64,000 bases of DNA from Chrysomallon squamiferum (taxonomy: Eukaryota; Animalia; Mollusca), in NCBI GenBank assembly GCA_012295275.1, contig CM022670.1, forward strand, positions 38,378,001-38,442,000, read 5' to 3'. The notes below the pieces were generated by a model. It did not search any database, had not been told where the DNA came from, and saw only the letters and a program-made list of their open reading frames with translations. The position numbers and the translations under genes are program-made. Shown here one piece after another: positions 1 through 19,904 of this stretch; within the stretch, counting starts at the first letter, position 1; each line of letters begins with the position of its first letter.

Positions 1-1201
1 AAGTCTCTGAGATGAAGAGCTATCCGAAACCAAACTTACGAGTACAGGTTACCATGGCAGCAACGCTGGTTCTTCTGGGCACCCCTCAGCATGAAGTCAA
101 CGTTAGTAATGATTGATTTACTGTTTCATTAAGAAGTCAAATTCTCTCTTGATGATTACATGTTTGTGTATCATCTATAAAACAAATATGTACGTGCACA
201 CGCCTGTTCACCTTTTGAACCCACAAACCACACTGTAGATAAGCTGTTCTGCATATTAACATGGCCGTTATATTTGTGCAGTAAGAGTTTTTGAGAAATA
301 TCTTTTACAGAATGTTTATTATGTTGGTTTTTTTTTTTTTTTTTTTTTTATATTTAATGTGTATGAAGGAATGGATGTTTGTGGCATTCATGCAAAGGAA
401 GTTTTGTGTGAAATTTTTATGCATGGTTATATAAATAAGCAGAATATTTGTATTGTTATGTGACTGACTACATCTTGATATTGATGTGGTAATATATTTG
501 AAGGAGTGGGTATATATGAAATGTCATCCAATAAGGGACTATTGATTACAAGTGGATATTAACTGGTTGCTTTTCTTACAGAACTGGCATCATTTGTAGG
601 AACTGATTTAATGCTGTGGATATTAAATATAAATGCTTATGTTTCTTACAGAACTGGCATCATTTGTAGGAACTGATTTAATGCTGTGGATATTAAATAT
701 AAATGCTTATGTTTCTTACAGAACTGGCATCATTTGTAGGAACTGATTTAATGCTGTGGATATTAAATATAAATGTTTCTTACAGAACTGGCATAATACA
801 GTTACGCTGGTGTGGAAGATTGGAAAGGATGGGCTCCTTAAAAAAATGATGACTTTTAATCCAGCTGATATGCCTTTATCACTTGCCAAAACAGCCAGGA
901 GCATCCTTGGAGGTCTCACACTGAAAGAAATCAGAAGTGCCAGTTCTAGTGCAGCTTCTTTTTTTGAATGGGTAAGTCATAAATCAAGATCATATGACTT
1001 GCACGCTCTCTCTCTCTCTCTCTAAGGATATTTCAAAACAAACGTGACTCATATCACTGGTGCCGTTTGACTTTCAAACTAATTCTCTTGTCAAAAGAGG
1101 TGTGTTTAAACCATCATTCATTTCTTTACAGACAGATCATATGATAAAAGAAATACAGGATGTCAAAGGAGAAGGTGACACTGACTTGAACAAATTAAGA
1201 G
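1..1201 (+). CDS. Paralog A (3' part only) of hillarin/KY-like family; encodes the dynein-MTBD-like C-terminal domain; terminal exon unresolved
   Basis: Exons <1-101 (VSEMKSYPKPNLRVQVTMAATLVLLGTPQHEVN), 786-971 (186 nt, NWHNTVTLVWKIGKDGLLKKM...SSAASFFEW) and 1132-1201 (70 nt, TDHMIKEIQDV...), all GT-AG. Exon sizes and phases match paralogs B and C (186 nt; 70/73 nt). Confidence 0.85.
572..794 (+). repeat. 70-bp tandem repeat (about 3.2 copies) containing the splice acceptor and first 9 nt of the 186-nt exon of paralog A
   Basis: TTTCTTACAG|AACTGGCAT recurs with AG ending at 581, 651, 721 and 785; units are near-identical. Confidence 0.95.
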
Positions 1202-3516
1202 GTAAGTACTGTTGTTCCAACTCTTATCAAGTAATATTTAGCAGTAGCAGGATTTCAGAAAAAAATATCATACATGGACCCACCATGGAGGATGGGGATC
1301 AGGATATGCAACTCTATTTTATGCTAACCAGTGTTTTAGTTTGTAATTCAGTATTTTTCATTATGATGGTGTGAGAAATCCTTACACTTCTGTCATTTTC
1401 TGTCAAGATAATTATAATTATTATCTAACTTTATTTTCTCATGACTAGAAATTCATATATTTACTTACAGTATTATTTTACCTAATCAAATCTGGGTCAT
1501 TTCTGTTATGGATGCTGTAAACCATATAAGAAACTATCTCTTCAGCTCATGCTTTTTTTTTTTTTTTTTCCTTAATTTTTAAACTAATAACCGAATAGAA
1601 TAATTAAAAATAATATTATTTATAGACTTACAAGTAAGTAACTTTTATTTCAACCGATTTGTTTTTCAGTTATTATTGATAAATTTAAATCACTTTTAAA
1701 ATGCAAGAATTTAATTTTTATTTATTTTTGTTTTTTAAATGTTTTAATGACAGTTTTGAATGAGGTGAAATCATCAGAAAATCTATAAAGCATGGAAGAA
1801 GACAATCTGTCAAGCGGAGTGGGCAGTGAAGAAAAAACACCACCATTGCAATCAACACATTATCAACCACTTGATTTTTTTTTTTTTTATGTGCCTGCAA
1901 GCTGACGTCATTGTGCAAATGATTTCCTGATTTATGTAGCATCGTCTTTAGGATTCTGTGACACAGCAATGGATGTTAACAGTTCACCAGTCTGAGTTAA
2001 CGAGATCTTAATCTTTCTTGTTTCACATAATAAGTCAATTCCACAATTTAACCTAAAAATATAAGATATTAATGTTGTTGTTTTTTTTTTTTTTTTTTTT
2101 TTTTTTTATCTCAGCCAGTTTTTTTATTTCACTTAAAAATACATGATGTTAATACTTCTTATTTCATAACTTTACTTAACAGCTTTTTTTATGTTTAAAC
2201 CTATTAATACCATGTCTAGATGTTTCTTATTTCAAGATTCAGCAATACTTCAATTTAACCTATTGATTTAGAATCTGTTGACACTTTTTCATGAACTATT
2301 TTAAAACCAGCTTTTACTAGGTAAATACTTTGTGGTTGACATTGTGCCATTTTTTTCTTTTTAGTGTGTCGCAGTAATGGTACATTGCAGTATTTTATTA
2401 AATAAAATAAATATTTATTCAACTTGCTGCAACTAGTAAAACAAAAATAGATAACTATTGTTTTATGTTGTTTAACATTTTTCTTTTCTTTACTGATAAA
2501 TAATTTTTAGCAAAATGTTATAAAAGCACTAACAAAATAAATAAAAAAATGGTGATTTTATTTTATAGCACACCATAATTTTTTATATTTATTTTTAATG
2601 TTTTTATGCATAATAAAGTTAATATTATTTATACATGTATAAAAAAAAAAAATTACCACTGTTTATATAATTTATATAAAAGAATTAAAAAAAAACAAAA
2701 AACTTTAGAGGCAACATTTTTATTTTAAAAAAAAAAAGTTATTTGTTTTTTAAAACATTAACAATCATAGTTCTTGATACCTTTGTATCACGAATGAACA
2801 GTTTTATTTTTACATGAACAATTTTTTGTACATTAGAAAACCATCATGTGGTTAATAATGCATGTCTATATATTTTTTTTTATATATGTATTTATTGTAA
2901 TAAATTAACACATTAACAGTTCAACAGCATAATAAAATGTCCTCACTAAAATAAACAAATCTTGTTTGTTTTGAACTGTTTCACACTCCAGGCTCTTTTC
3001 AGAGCTGAATCTTGTCTTACTTCCACCAAAACCTATACAGCTAATTATTTTGTAGTGTCCCTCAGGTTTCAAGGATGGAATTAAGAACATGCAAAATCTC
3101 AGGTAATATAATATTACTATTTTCACCATCTAAGATCTGAACAAATATCTGTAACTCATAGAGATGGGAAGATGTGCGAATGTTCTTCCATCATGAAAAA
3201 AAATAAAAAATCAATAAAAAAAATTAAATTTGTCATTTGAAGTTTGACTGAAAGCTGATCTTTGAAACTCCATTTCATAATATGAAATAGTTAGATTTAA
3301 CCAGACTTCAATACATTGTGTAATGTTCTCTTCATCAATAATGTAAGCTCAGTCCTAATCATGATCTTATTTTTCTTCAGAAATTATCCCCTGCACACTT
3401 GCTGAAATCTTAAGATGCAGCCATCTGTTTTTAATATTTTGCACATTTTTTTTCTGTGCCCTCCTTGAATACACTATATCTGAGCAGTTAATATCATGAA
3501 CAAATTACTGATCTTG

Positions 3517-9593
<6,077 letters not shown>

Positions 9594-10326
9594 TTTGTCT
9601 AACTTAAAAACAAATTGTGAATCATAACATTACAACGTGTTCAGAAACTTCCGGTTTGATGTTAGTTCATTTATTATCTCCCTCTAATAGTGCGGAACCT
9701 TTTTAAAACTAACAGTTTCAAAGGGATCAGGAACTGTTGTGCTACATAGTTATACTTTTTGTTTTCATTTGTTTTCTTTCTTCTTTTTCTTTTTCAAAAA
9801 TAAATAATTTTAAAATGTTTTTGTCTGTATTACTGAAAATATAACATTAATCATAAACAAAACAAAATCATTTCTTTTCATTTATATAGCAAACGTCTGC
9901 ATATATAAAATATAACGTTTTTGTCAACCTTTCAAGATAAAAAAACTTCAAGCATTTATTAAATAGTACCAAGTAAAAATAAAAATAATAAATAAAATAG
10001 TTAAGTTTTTCATTTTAAAATAAATATAATGCTAGAGGTAAATAATTTTGTTTTTGCTAATAGCTATTTAATCGACAACAACTGGCATATACGTCATATT
10101 CTCATATCTGACGTAATTGAATTTATCAGAATTATTATTATATTAAACCAATAATTGAAAATACCGGAATATTTTGCTACACATAATGAAATATGTATTT
10201 GTTTTGGGTTTTTTGCGACATTCAACGGGATATTTAAAAATCGGTAGTGGTTTAGATGCTTCATTCCGTTGTATATTGACACTATACATTTTAAAAAACA
10301 TTTCTAGATGGAACTTGAATTGAAGA
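9594..10326. promoter_or_regulatory. Probable bidirectional promoter between DIMT1 and paralog B, with ETS motif ACTTCCGG at 9647-9654
   Basis: Head-to-head start codons about 730 bp apart; local rise in CpG; the ETS/GABP-type motif lies 54 bp upstream of the DIMT1 ATG. Confidence 0.6.
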
Positions 10327-11314
10327 ATGGGAATGATTATTTCAATCTTTTTCGTAGAAAAACCACCAAAGGTATTAAGTTATGAAACACGTATTATTTA
10401 GTTTAAAACCATAGTCTATATATTTGGTTCAGGCGTGAATGCTAGTATAAATCTCATATCTTCGGCTTGTACGACTTTCGGAGAGGTAAAAACATTCGCA
10501 CGCATAGACAAACAGCGCACTTCGTAACTGTAGAATAACTTGTTTCTTTGGAGGTCAGAGAAATGTGATGTTTCTTGAATATGTTAAGTAAATAAATTTG
10601 TTGCTCGATAACACTATATTATTTTTAATTCCTATTAATAAATAAAAGGAAAAATATAAATAATAACAATAACAAAAACTAACTAACTTAATAAATAAAT
10701 ACAGAAAGAAAGAAAGAAGATTCTGAGTTTTCAAAAAAGTGTCACATCCATATATTTAAAGATTTACAGGATCTACGTTTGTACACCTATTTTAAAATCG
10801 TATGAACTCAACTGATTCATTGGCTAAATAGAAAATTAAGAACTTTAAATAATCTATTGAAAGTAAATAGGCTATACCATTCCGAATCTATAATATAAGT
10901 ATATCTTGTAATTTGCTCTACTGAAATTGTTATACACAAATGAGAAGGAATACAGGTGCAAACACACACGCACAAGCATTCAATATAATATATAATTGTT
11001 TAATTTCTTTTTTTTACCGTTTAATGGTGACAGAAAAGAAGAGACCCTAGACTTAAAGGAACCATTGTAAGAAGAAAGGTAAATATATATATTTTAATAA
11101 AATAATATTGTAAGTTTGACCATTGTTTATTACACGGACCATGGTTAATACCTTTCCATATTAACTGATGCTATTAATGAAAATGTTCAAGAAAGCATAT
11201 AGTATACGGTACACAGCTGATTGTTATTTTCTTCTTCATTTTATTATTATTATTATATTGGTTGTAAACGTTTTTATTAATATGTTTATTTAAATATTTA
11301 TTTATTTATTTATT

Positions 11315-11371
<57 letters not shown>

Positions 11372-11445
11372 TCACTTTTTTAATATAACTCAATACAAAC
11401 CAATACTAAGTGATACAACCACAACCTTACCACCACCACTACTGT

Positions 11446-11492
<47 letters not shown>

Positions 11493-14400
11493 TACTGTTA
11501 TTATTATTCAAGATAAATCATATTTCAGATTAATTAGCATAGTCTTTACTTTTGTTGTTCAGGTGAAAGGTCCGCTAACGCTTGATGATATTATCGATGA
11601 AGGTCCTGATCCATTTCCTCAAATCAGATTAAAGCAAGACATATTCCTAAATGAGAATTTTGAGCATGTAGAAAAGCATGTGGCTGAGGTAGATATCTTG
11701 CGCTAAGTAACTGACATTTATAATAACAGAAACTCTAAAGCTGTATATATGTATGTATGTATGTAACGAATGTATGTACAGAAATACGAATGTTTATATG
11801 TTTGTATGTATTTATGTGTGTGTGTCCAAAGACATGTATGAATGTATTATGTACGTGTGCATATACATACATAATTATCCTGAAATTACAGTATTTAGTA
11901 GGCAAGATATGATGACTAGATACATTTCTATACTTTTGGGATGGAACTATATTTACTTGAATAAGTTACTTGTTATTTGCATATATAGATAATGTTTAAT
12001 TGCTCATCTAAATCTTAAAAGATGATTTTGAAGATAGTTTTTGTTTAAAAAATAACAAATAAATTCTTGTTTGAGAACCGTTTTCTTTTGATGTATAGTT
12101 TTTGTAGTGACAATAAAACGAAGAGCAGTGAGTTGGGAAATAAAATAGTTAATTTGATTTAATTTATTTTTATATTTAGGTCTGCAGGATAAAAAAAAAA
12201 AAATTGTTATCATGTTAATTATCAGCTTTACTCTGTTGAGACTGAATTTACAAATGAGAATATGTATTTATTTGTTTTTATGTATGTATGTGTCTGTGTA
12301 TGTATGCATGCATATATATATATATATATAAATTCTTGGCTGCTACATAAAATAACTTTCATATTTTCATAGTGTACTGAAGATATTCTGACAGGAACTT
12401 ATGATGAACTGGTGAATTTCTTGACTGGCAATACCAAATGGGGTATCGTAGAAAAAGTGAGAGCGATATTTCTGTGGGTGACCTCCCATGACATCTATAA
12501 CCTGAAGGTGAAGGCAGCGCCACCAAAAAACTCTCCTCTGGAATACTTGGTGAAGATAAAGTCACAACAAGGCACTCATGCACACCTGTTTTATGCACTG
12601 TGCCAGTAAGTAAAAAATCCAATGACTGATGATTACGCTGCTAATACAATGGTCGATCATCACTGACACAGAAATCACTGGTTCCATCTGCCTGACATTA
12701 TTCCAGATTTCCCAGGTTGCCTCACAGACTTACTGCCGATCCTTAATGACACTTATTGTTTGAAAATACTGTCCAATCCAGTTTGTTTTATACTCCATTC
12801 ACAGTTATGATCTGCTAGCTTTTAGCCTAATTATTCGTTTCATTCAGTAAGGAAATGCTTCCTGTTGTTTGTAAAGCACAAACGTCATTGTACGTAAAAG
12901 TAAAGGCTAGACTTGTTAAAAAAAAAAAAAAAAAAACCTCAGTAGAAGTATTTAGTGGTGTTTCGCATAGAAAGAGGTGGTGAAATGTTGAAGTATTCAC
13001 ATCTAACCACTCTGGCAAAATTCAATAATCTGACATCTTGCATGCAGGTCCTAGTGATGCCAAATTAGTTTTGGTTGAATGCTTTTATTGCTTTGTTTGA
13101 TTATTTATTTATTCATTTATTCATTCATTCATTACTTATTTATTCATTCTTTCATTCATTCATTCATTCATTCATTCAACAACTGAACATCAGTACTAAA
13201 TAAACAGTGTGCTAGTAAACAAAAACTAAACTTGAAACTGTCTTCCCGCAGATTGGCCAGAGTGCCGTGTGTCATTATAAACGGGATGACGAAGAACTCC
13301 ATGTACCGAGTTGGCAAGAAAGTGGACAGGAAGAAGATGAGCTCGCAGTGGAACGCCGTGTACATGAAAGACCACTGGTGGTTCGTCGACACACTGTGGG
13401 GCTCCAGCCACGTCGTGTCCAAGAAAGACGACTGGAATGCCGACGATCGGAACGTGACTGAGGTGCACAAGCTGAACGAGTTTTTTTTTTTGCCAGAGGC
13501 AGACAAGTTAGTCTACACCCACTTCCCGGACAAAAGCGAATGGCAGCTGCTGAAGAACCCCGTTTCACTCACCGAGTTTGACGAATGCGTCTACGTGCGA
13601 GAAATGTTTCACCTGCTTGGGATGAAGATTACGCCCGAAAGCGAAGGCAATGTGACTCTGTTTACTGAAGATGGAACTATTAAATTATTTTTTTCTTTAA
13701 TCTTCCAGGATTACAGCGAACATTATCAGTTCAAATATCTTCTGAAGAAAAAACAAACCTCTGGTTATGCAGTAGACCAAAGCCTCAAAATGAATGTTTT
13801 CTATGAGCAGTCATTTGACATGGTTAATTATAAACTGCGACTGCCAAAAGAAGGCACATTCAGAATGGAGATTTATGGTCTTGATTTAAGGATCAAGGAT
13901 AGCTTCAGACTAACGTGCTGTTATTTGATAAACTGTACTAAGGATAATAAAACTCTCCTACACTTTCCAGACAATCCACAAATAGGATGGGGCCCGTTTA
14001 AGCCTTTGAAAGATGCTGGATACGTTCCTGTTTCACATCCATTTTCGACTACTTATACAAGTGATGGTGTAGTGCAGATAGTCGTTGCCAGAACACAAGG
14101 TGTTGAAATGTTCCACACCTTGAAGCATGCTGTGATGGAAGACACTAATCTTTTCTGCTATGCACTCTTAGAGAAGCAGCCAAAAGAAATCATTGTGACC
14201 TTGAGACTTCCCGAGCCTGGCGAGTATGGACTGGAACTGTTTAGTCAGAGGAAAGATGAGAAAGAGAAAGCAACCAATGTATGCAACTATTTCATTGTGT
14301 TTGATGGAATCACCGTCCAACACAACCTCTTCCCTAATATTAATAATCAAACTATTGGCATCCATCATATGGGAGAAGAATTAGGTGTTGAACCCGTCAG

Positions 14401-16662
14401 TCATCCTGAAGGCATGATTGAATCACGGACTGGAAAAGAAGTCCTGACATTTAAAGCCCCAGAAGATACGGATTTGGTTTGTGAATTACAAACAAACGAC
14501 GACGAAGCTGAAAAGACGATGAGTGTTAAGAAAACCTACAAACATGGAGAGTGGGCATTTGAAGTGGACCTTCCTGATAGTGGAGAATATGCTCTTAACA
14601 TATATGCTAGGAAAAAAACTGATCCCCAGGTCCTTGACTGCGTGCAGGCCTATTTGATAATGTCCGGTGACAAAGAATCTACGGTGAAAAAGGAACATCA
14701 GAATACACCTATGTCGGGGCTAGTGGAAACCATTGACACCAGTGAAAAAACAGTAATAGTCGAGTTTCCCGAAGATGTGACCAGGCCCGCAGTGGAAATG
14801 CGCAGGAAAGGCTCAATTGTGCCAGCAGAAGAAGTTAAAATCATCACCAAAGGCAACCGACACTTTGCTGAAATGAGCGTGGAAGACTGTGATGGTTACG
14901 TCCTGACCCTTTTCGACCAGACTACTGATGACACGGTCAAATCAAAGGCGATCTATCAGGTCAATATAAGAAGCCCCGATGAAAAGTTTGAGAGCAACTA
15001 CGTGCCACCTAACATGGATGAAAGAATTGATGACATAGAGCCATCCGACGATGAAGAAATTAGTAAGAATTGAAACGTTTCTTAGTTTTTTTTACTGTTA
15101 TTTAGTAAGTGCTTCTGATGCTCCAAATCATAGGTTTTCAACCTGGGGGTCGCGAGATCGTTCTTGAGCGAGAGTATGTTTTAGGTTTTTTTCAACTAGA
15201 CTTGGAAGGAGGAATAAATAAAAACGTGTAGATAGGTTTGGGACCCGTCGTAGTGAGTATAGATTCCTTTTGTACTGTCTTTGGTTGATGAAAATACGGT
15301 AATCCTAGATATTACTGAATCAAATTTTTTAAAGGGGGTCATAAACATATTGAGTTCCTCGTAAGGGAACGCGGTATGAAAATGTTGAAAACCAGTGGTC
15401 TAAATTCTTGCCTTTGGGTTTCATCATAATGTTTATTAAATAATTAAGGAATTAATAACTATTCAAAATTTTCTTTTTTGTTTTCGTCTTTATCATTATG
15501 TGGACTAATCCTATCTGAATTATAATTATACATTTAATTCTACACCTGATGTTGACATCGCTTTTATTATTTGTCTCTTTTCCAGTACAACATTAAACAT
15601 TTTTAAGGGAAACATCCAAATTCAGTTTTTACTTTTGGAAAATTACTGACATATTAACAATATATAAATATATAGATTGATGAAGTTAGCTTTATGAATG
15701 TAAATTGTTGTTCTTTATTCCTCTGTCCTGCTGTATTGGCATAACAAATCAGTAGAAAATAAATAAGTTCAGTCAAATGTTCTTTCTTCTTCCTTGAACT
15801 CTGTTTTTTTCTTTCTTTATCATTTTGAGCCATATTGTTTGAATATGTACATTGCTTTCCCTTTTGCTTAAAACTGGTTCTATTCAATCAACAGTGGCAA
15901 AACGTAGGGAGGCAAGAGAAATGATGAAGAAGGGAATAAACTTGGGAATAGAGTCATTACTTGAGAAGGGAATCGCTCTATTCGAAGAGACGAATCCACA
16001 GAAGGAGGACCGTGTTGTCGTGAGAGCTAAAGAAGAACTGGAAATGTTGAAGGTTAAAAAAGGTATTTTATAAATAATTCAGTTTTCATTCAGTCTATGG
16101 AGAGAGACTGTTCAAAATAAAGAATTTAAAAAATAATAATAATAAAATGATAAAAAAAAAAAAAAAATAATAATAATAATAATAATAATAATTGTTATAA
16201 TTTTATTTTTCACATCAGAACTAATCTGTGCTATACAGGAACGTAAGATTGAGCCCCTCGAGAGAGCCATTAAGAAAGCTCACAAAGTGAACAAAAAAAA
16301 TAAGCTCACTCCTATGATTAACATGGCACAGAAACTCGTTGACCATCTCAGTAAACTGGAGAAACTGAAGCTTTTGATTCTCTCCATGGACCAGAAAACC
16401 ATTTCTGAACTGAGGAGTTACCAGAAGCCACCGAAAGAGGTATTCACCGTCATGTCCGCCACGTTTATCCTTTTGGGCCAAAAGCCAAAAGACGTTCAGG
16501 TGAGTGAATATTTCTTTTTATTTACATGTCTTTCATTTCTTCTTCGTTCTATTCTCTGTCCTCTGTGGGTGTGTTTAGTTTGTTTCTCTGTTACCCTTCT
16601 GTCTTTATCATTAGCTCGGTCTGTGTTTATCTGTGTGTGTTTGTGTGTCTGTGTGTCTGCAT

Positions 16663-16698
<36 letters not shown>

Positions 16699-18507
16699 TT
16701 CATGTGTGACCTCTTTACAAATTAAAGTGTTAACTTATTTTTTACAAACCACTGCAGAGTTCTATATCATCATCACACCTCGTTTCAGCAATGTCGCACT
16801 GTTGGAAAACAAAAAAAAGTAGCGGTTGTATTGTCAACATTCACTGTTACAGAAGATAAAACAATTTGAAACAACAATCTGCAGGCTTCCTGGCAATACG
16901 CTGAAAACTGACCAAATTCATTTGTCTTTTCAGAAACAGAACAGTATTGTCATGTTCTCTGCGTCTGTGAAATGACGATCTCTTTTGATACAAAGCAGTC
17001 AGTCGTGATGACGTGTTAATCAGTACCATTTGTCTTTCAGAAATGGAGCTTTCTTGTCGTGTTGATGACCAAACTTGGAAAAGAATCTCTGATGAGGAAG
17101 GTGAAAACGTTTGAACCTGTTGCTACACCAGTGAATGCTGCCAAAGCTGCGAAGAAACAGCTTGGTGATCTGACTTTGACCCACGTGACATTAGTAAGCG
17201 CAGGAGCGGCCACATTCCACCAGTGGGTAGGTTGAATTCAGTTTATGCATAATGTTTATGCTTGTACAAGTGTGTGTTTTTTGTACAAAACAGGATGTAA
17301 TTTGTTTGTGTGATTGTACAAGTGTATGTATGTATGTGTATGTGTGTGTATATTTGTGTTTATATGTTTGTATGTGTATGTATATGTGTGAGTATATGTA
17401 TACGTGTGTGTGTGTATGATATATATATATATATATATATATACAGATACCGGATCAATTATCCGGACTCCTTGGAGCCTGAGGCTTTCCGGTTTTCTGC
17501 TACCAAGTCATCTAAATACGTAAATAATTAGGCATAAACATTTTAAAATTAAATAAATATAAAGAAAACTGACGATAGACAATTGTGGCGACTCGACACG
17601 TAAACAATGCGGCGAGTGAAAGAACGCCACGCGGCTTGCTAGAGTAGTTCCAGTTTGGTGAGGACAACACCGCTTGCGCGAACTACGAAAATAGCGTCGG
17701 GGAAAAAACCTTCCAGTTTTCTGATCTTTCTGGATTTCAGGATGCTGGATAATTGGTCAGGTACCTATGTATGTGTATACATACATGTGTGTGTGTGTGT
17801 GTGTTTATGTGTGTGCCAAATTGATCTTGTTTTCTGTATTGCAGACAACAAATATGATAGACGAAGTAGAGGAAGTACATGGAGTTAAACAGGAAAGGAG
17901 AGAACAGCTCAGCAAATGTAAGAACAACCCACCTTCATTTATATCTGTTTATTTAGTCATTTATTCACAGTTCATATCCAGTTAAAAAAAAAAAATCAAT
18001 AATATTTTATTCACTGATTAATTCTTTATTTTATTCACTTTTTAATTCTTTATTTTATTCACTTTTTAATTCTTTATTTGATTCATTTATTTATTCATTA
18101 TTTGATTCATTTATTTATTCATTATTTTATTCATCTATTACATTTATTTGTTTTAATATTTCATCCATTTATTTACTTCTCAGATCGTATGTTAATTTTT
18201 TTTTTTTTTTTCAGTTTTATTTTTTTTTTTTTTCCATCTATTCATTTATTTGTCTCTTTATTTTTATATTTTTTTTTTTTTTTTTTTTTTTTATTTTTTA
18301 TTCGACAATCTGTTTTGTATTTACAGTCCGCAGAATGGTTCACCAGGTGAAGCTGCTGAACTGGTTCAAACAACACCAACTGTAAGACAGTTCTACAGTG
18401 CAAATCCTTTCCCACACTCAGGTGATTTTAAAATTTACCTGCTTTATTTTGCTTTGTTTTTTTAAAGATATTTGTCTAATTTGTGTGTGTGTGTACATAT
18501 ATACATG

Positions 18508-18555
<48 letters not shown>

Positions 18556-18804
18556 GTGTATATATATATATACACACACAACATATATATACTTATTTAG
18601 AATATATATTAGTTAAAAAATTAATTTATGAAATATATATCAGTTATAAGATAAAACTAATAAATACGGAAGAAAAAAAAACATGCATAACTATATCTGT
18701 ATATATACACAAGTATGTATATGTGTGTGTATTTTATATTTCTCTTTTTTTTTCTTTTTTTTTTATAAAGAAAGAATGATGACACATTTGATGACAAGAA
18801 TTGA
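10327..18804 (+). CDS. Paralog B: hillarin/KY-like protein (myristoylation motif, inactive transglutaminase-like domain, 4 Ig-like repeats, dynein-MTBD-like C-terminus), about 1018 aa
   Basis: Exons 10327-10371 (MGMIISIFFVEKPPK), 11034-11078, 11563-11688, 12373-12605, 13252-15062, 15895-16062, 16219-16499, 17041-17226, 17845-17917, 18327-18381 and 18771-18804 join in frame with GT-AG. Motifs EKVRAIFLWVT, QWNAVY...WWFVDTLWG, NEFFFLPEADKLVYTHFPD and repeated LPxxGxYxLxIY are typical of KY/hillarin/LTD-1. The first two and last two exons are less certain (alternative stop at 18383-18385). Confidence 0.85.
15129..15397. mobile_element. Non-autonomous hAT/Charlie-like MITE in an intron of paralog B
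   Basis: TIRs CATAGGTTTTCAAC...GTTGAAAACCAGTG with internal GGGGTCGCG. Flanking 8-mers CTCCAAAT/GTCTAAAT match at 6 of 8 positions, consistent with a degenerate 8-bp TSD. Confidence 0.75.
17444..17767. mobile_element. Tigger/pogo-like MITE (about 324 bp) in an intron of paralog B
   Basis: 23-bp imperfect TIRs CAGATACCGGATCAATTATCCGG and CTGGATAATTGGTCAGGTACCTA; preceded by TA and inserted in a TA/TG microsatellite. Confidence 0.7.
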
Positions 18805-19007
18805 ACTGTGTGTGAAAAGGATTTTGCAGCTAAGTATAACCTGAAGGAAGAAAACAAAAACAGAAATTCTGCAAATTTTAAATGACAAATTAACATACTG
18901 TTTGATCAAAAATGATTTTTGTTTCAGTAATAATATAAAAAATTAAAAAATAAATAAATAAATAAATAGAGTGAGACCTTGTTAATCCAGACACTACAGT
19001 AATGACA

Positions 19008-19055
<48 letters not shown>

Positions 19056-19101
19056 TTACAAAACAGTAAGAAATAAAAACAGAAAAAGACAAATATCTTT
19101 C

Positions 19102-19132
<31 letters not shown>

Positions 19133-19873
19133 ATTGGATAGAAATTACTATTAAGCGGTACATACTTGTTTGAATGTTGTACAGAATATTTTGTTATGAG
19201 TATTCATATTAACGACAATCTTCAGCTTACTTCCAAAAAAATTAAAAACAAATATTTCATATAATTATGAGGTGAATGTTTAGCAAATGCTGCTGTCACA
19301 TTATATATTAAAAAAAAGTAAAAACAACCCCAATTTTGATGTTATATGACACAATGTCTTTGCATCATCAGCATGAATGATTTGATGACCAAGTGACTTC
19401 AGATCAGTGATTAATAATCATTCAGATAATCATTCAGATGTCAGCCATACCTAGATATTTCTGTGCTTCTGTACATGATTATACAAGTGATAAAATTTGT
19501 TCTGAAAATGGAACTCAACATTTCACCCTCTCAACATGCATGATTAAAAATATTAATTAATATGGATGACTTAATACTGAAAGGAAATGATTACTGTAGA
19601 TAATAAATAAATATAAACAGCCATGCTTTAAACACACACACAGATATATACACATTGGTATGGTATACTGTGATGGTTTTTTGACATGGTTCAGGGACTT
19701 CATGAAATAACTTCTCTTTATTTACCATCAAACAGTTTGTAGGTTTAGAAGGAAATAGTTATTAAATTTTTAAAATTTGTTTTGGAAAAATCACCATCTG
19801 ATTCTGGAAGGTGAATATCTGGTTTATTATTATTCAACAAATTAATTTTGCAATTCTTCTCTTTTTTTTTTAA

Positions 19874-19904
<31 letters not shown>

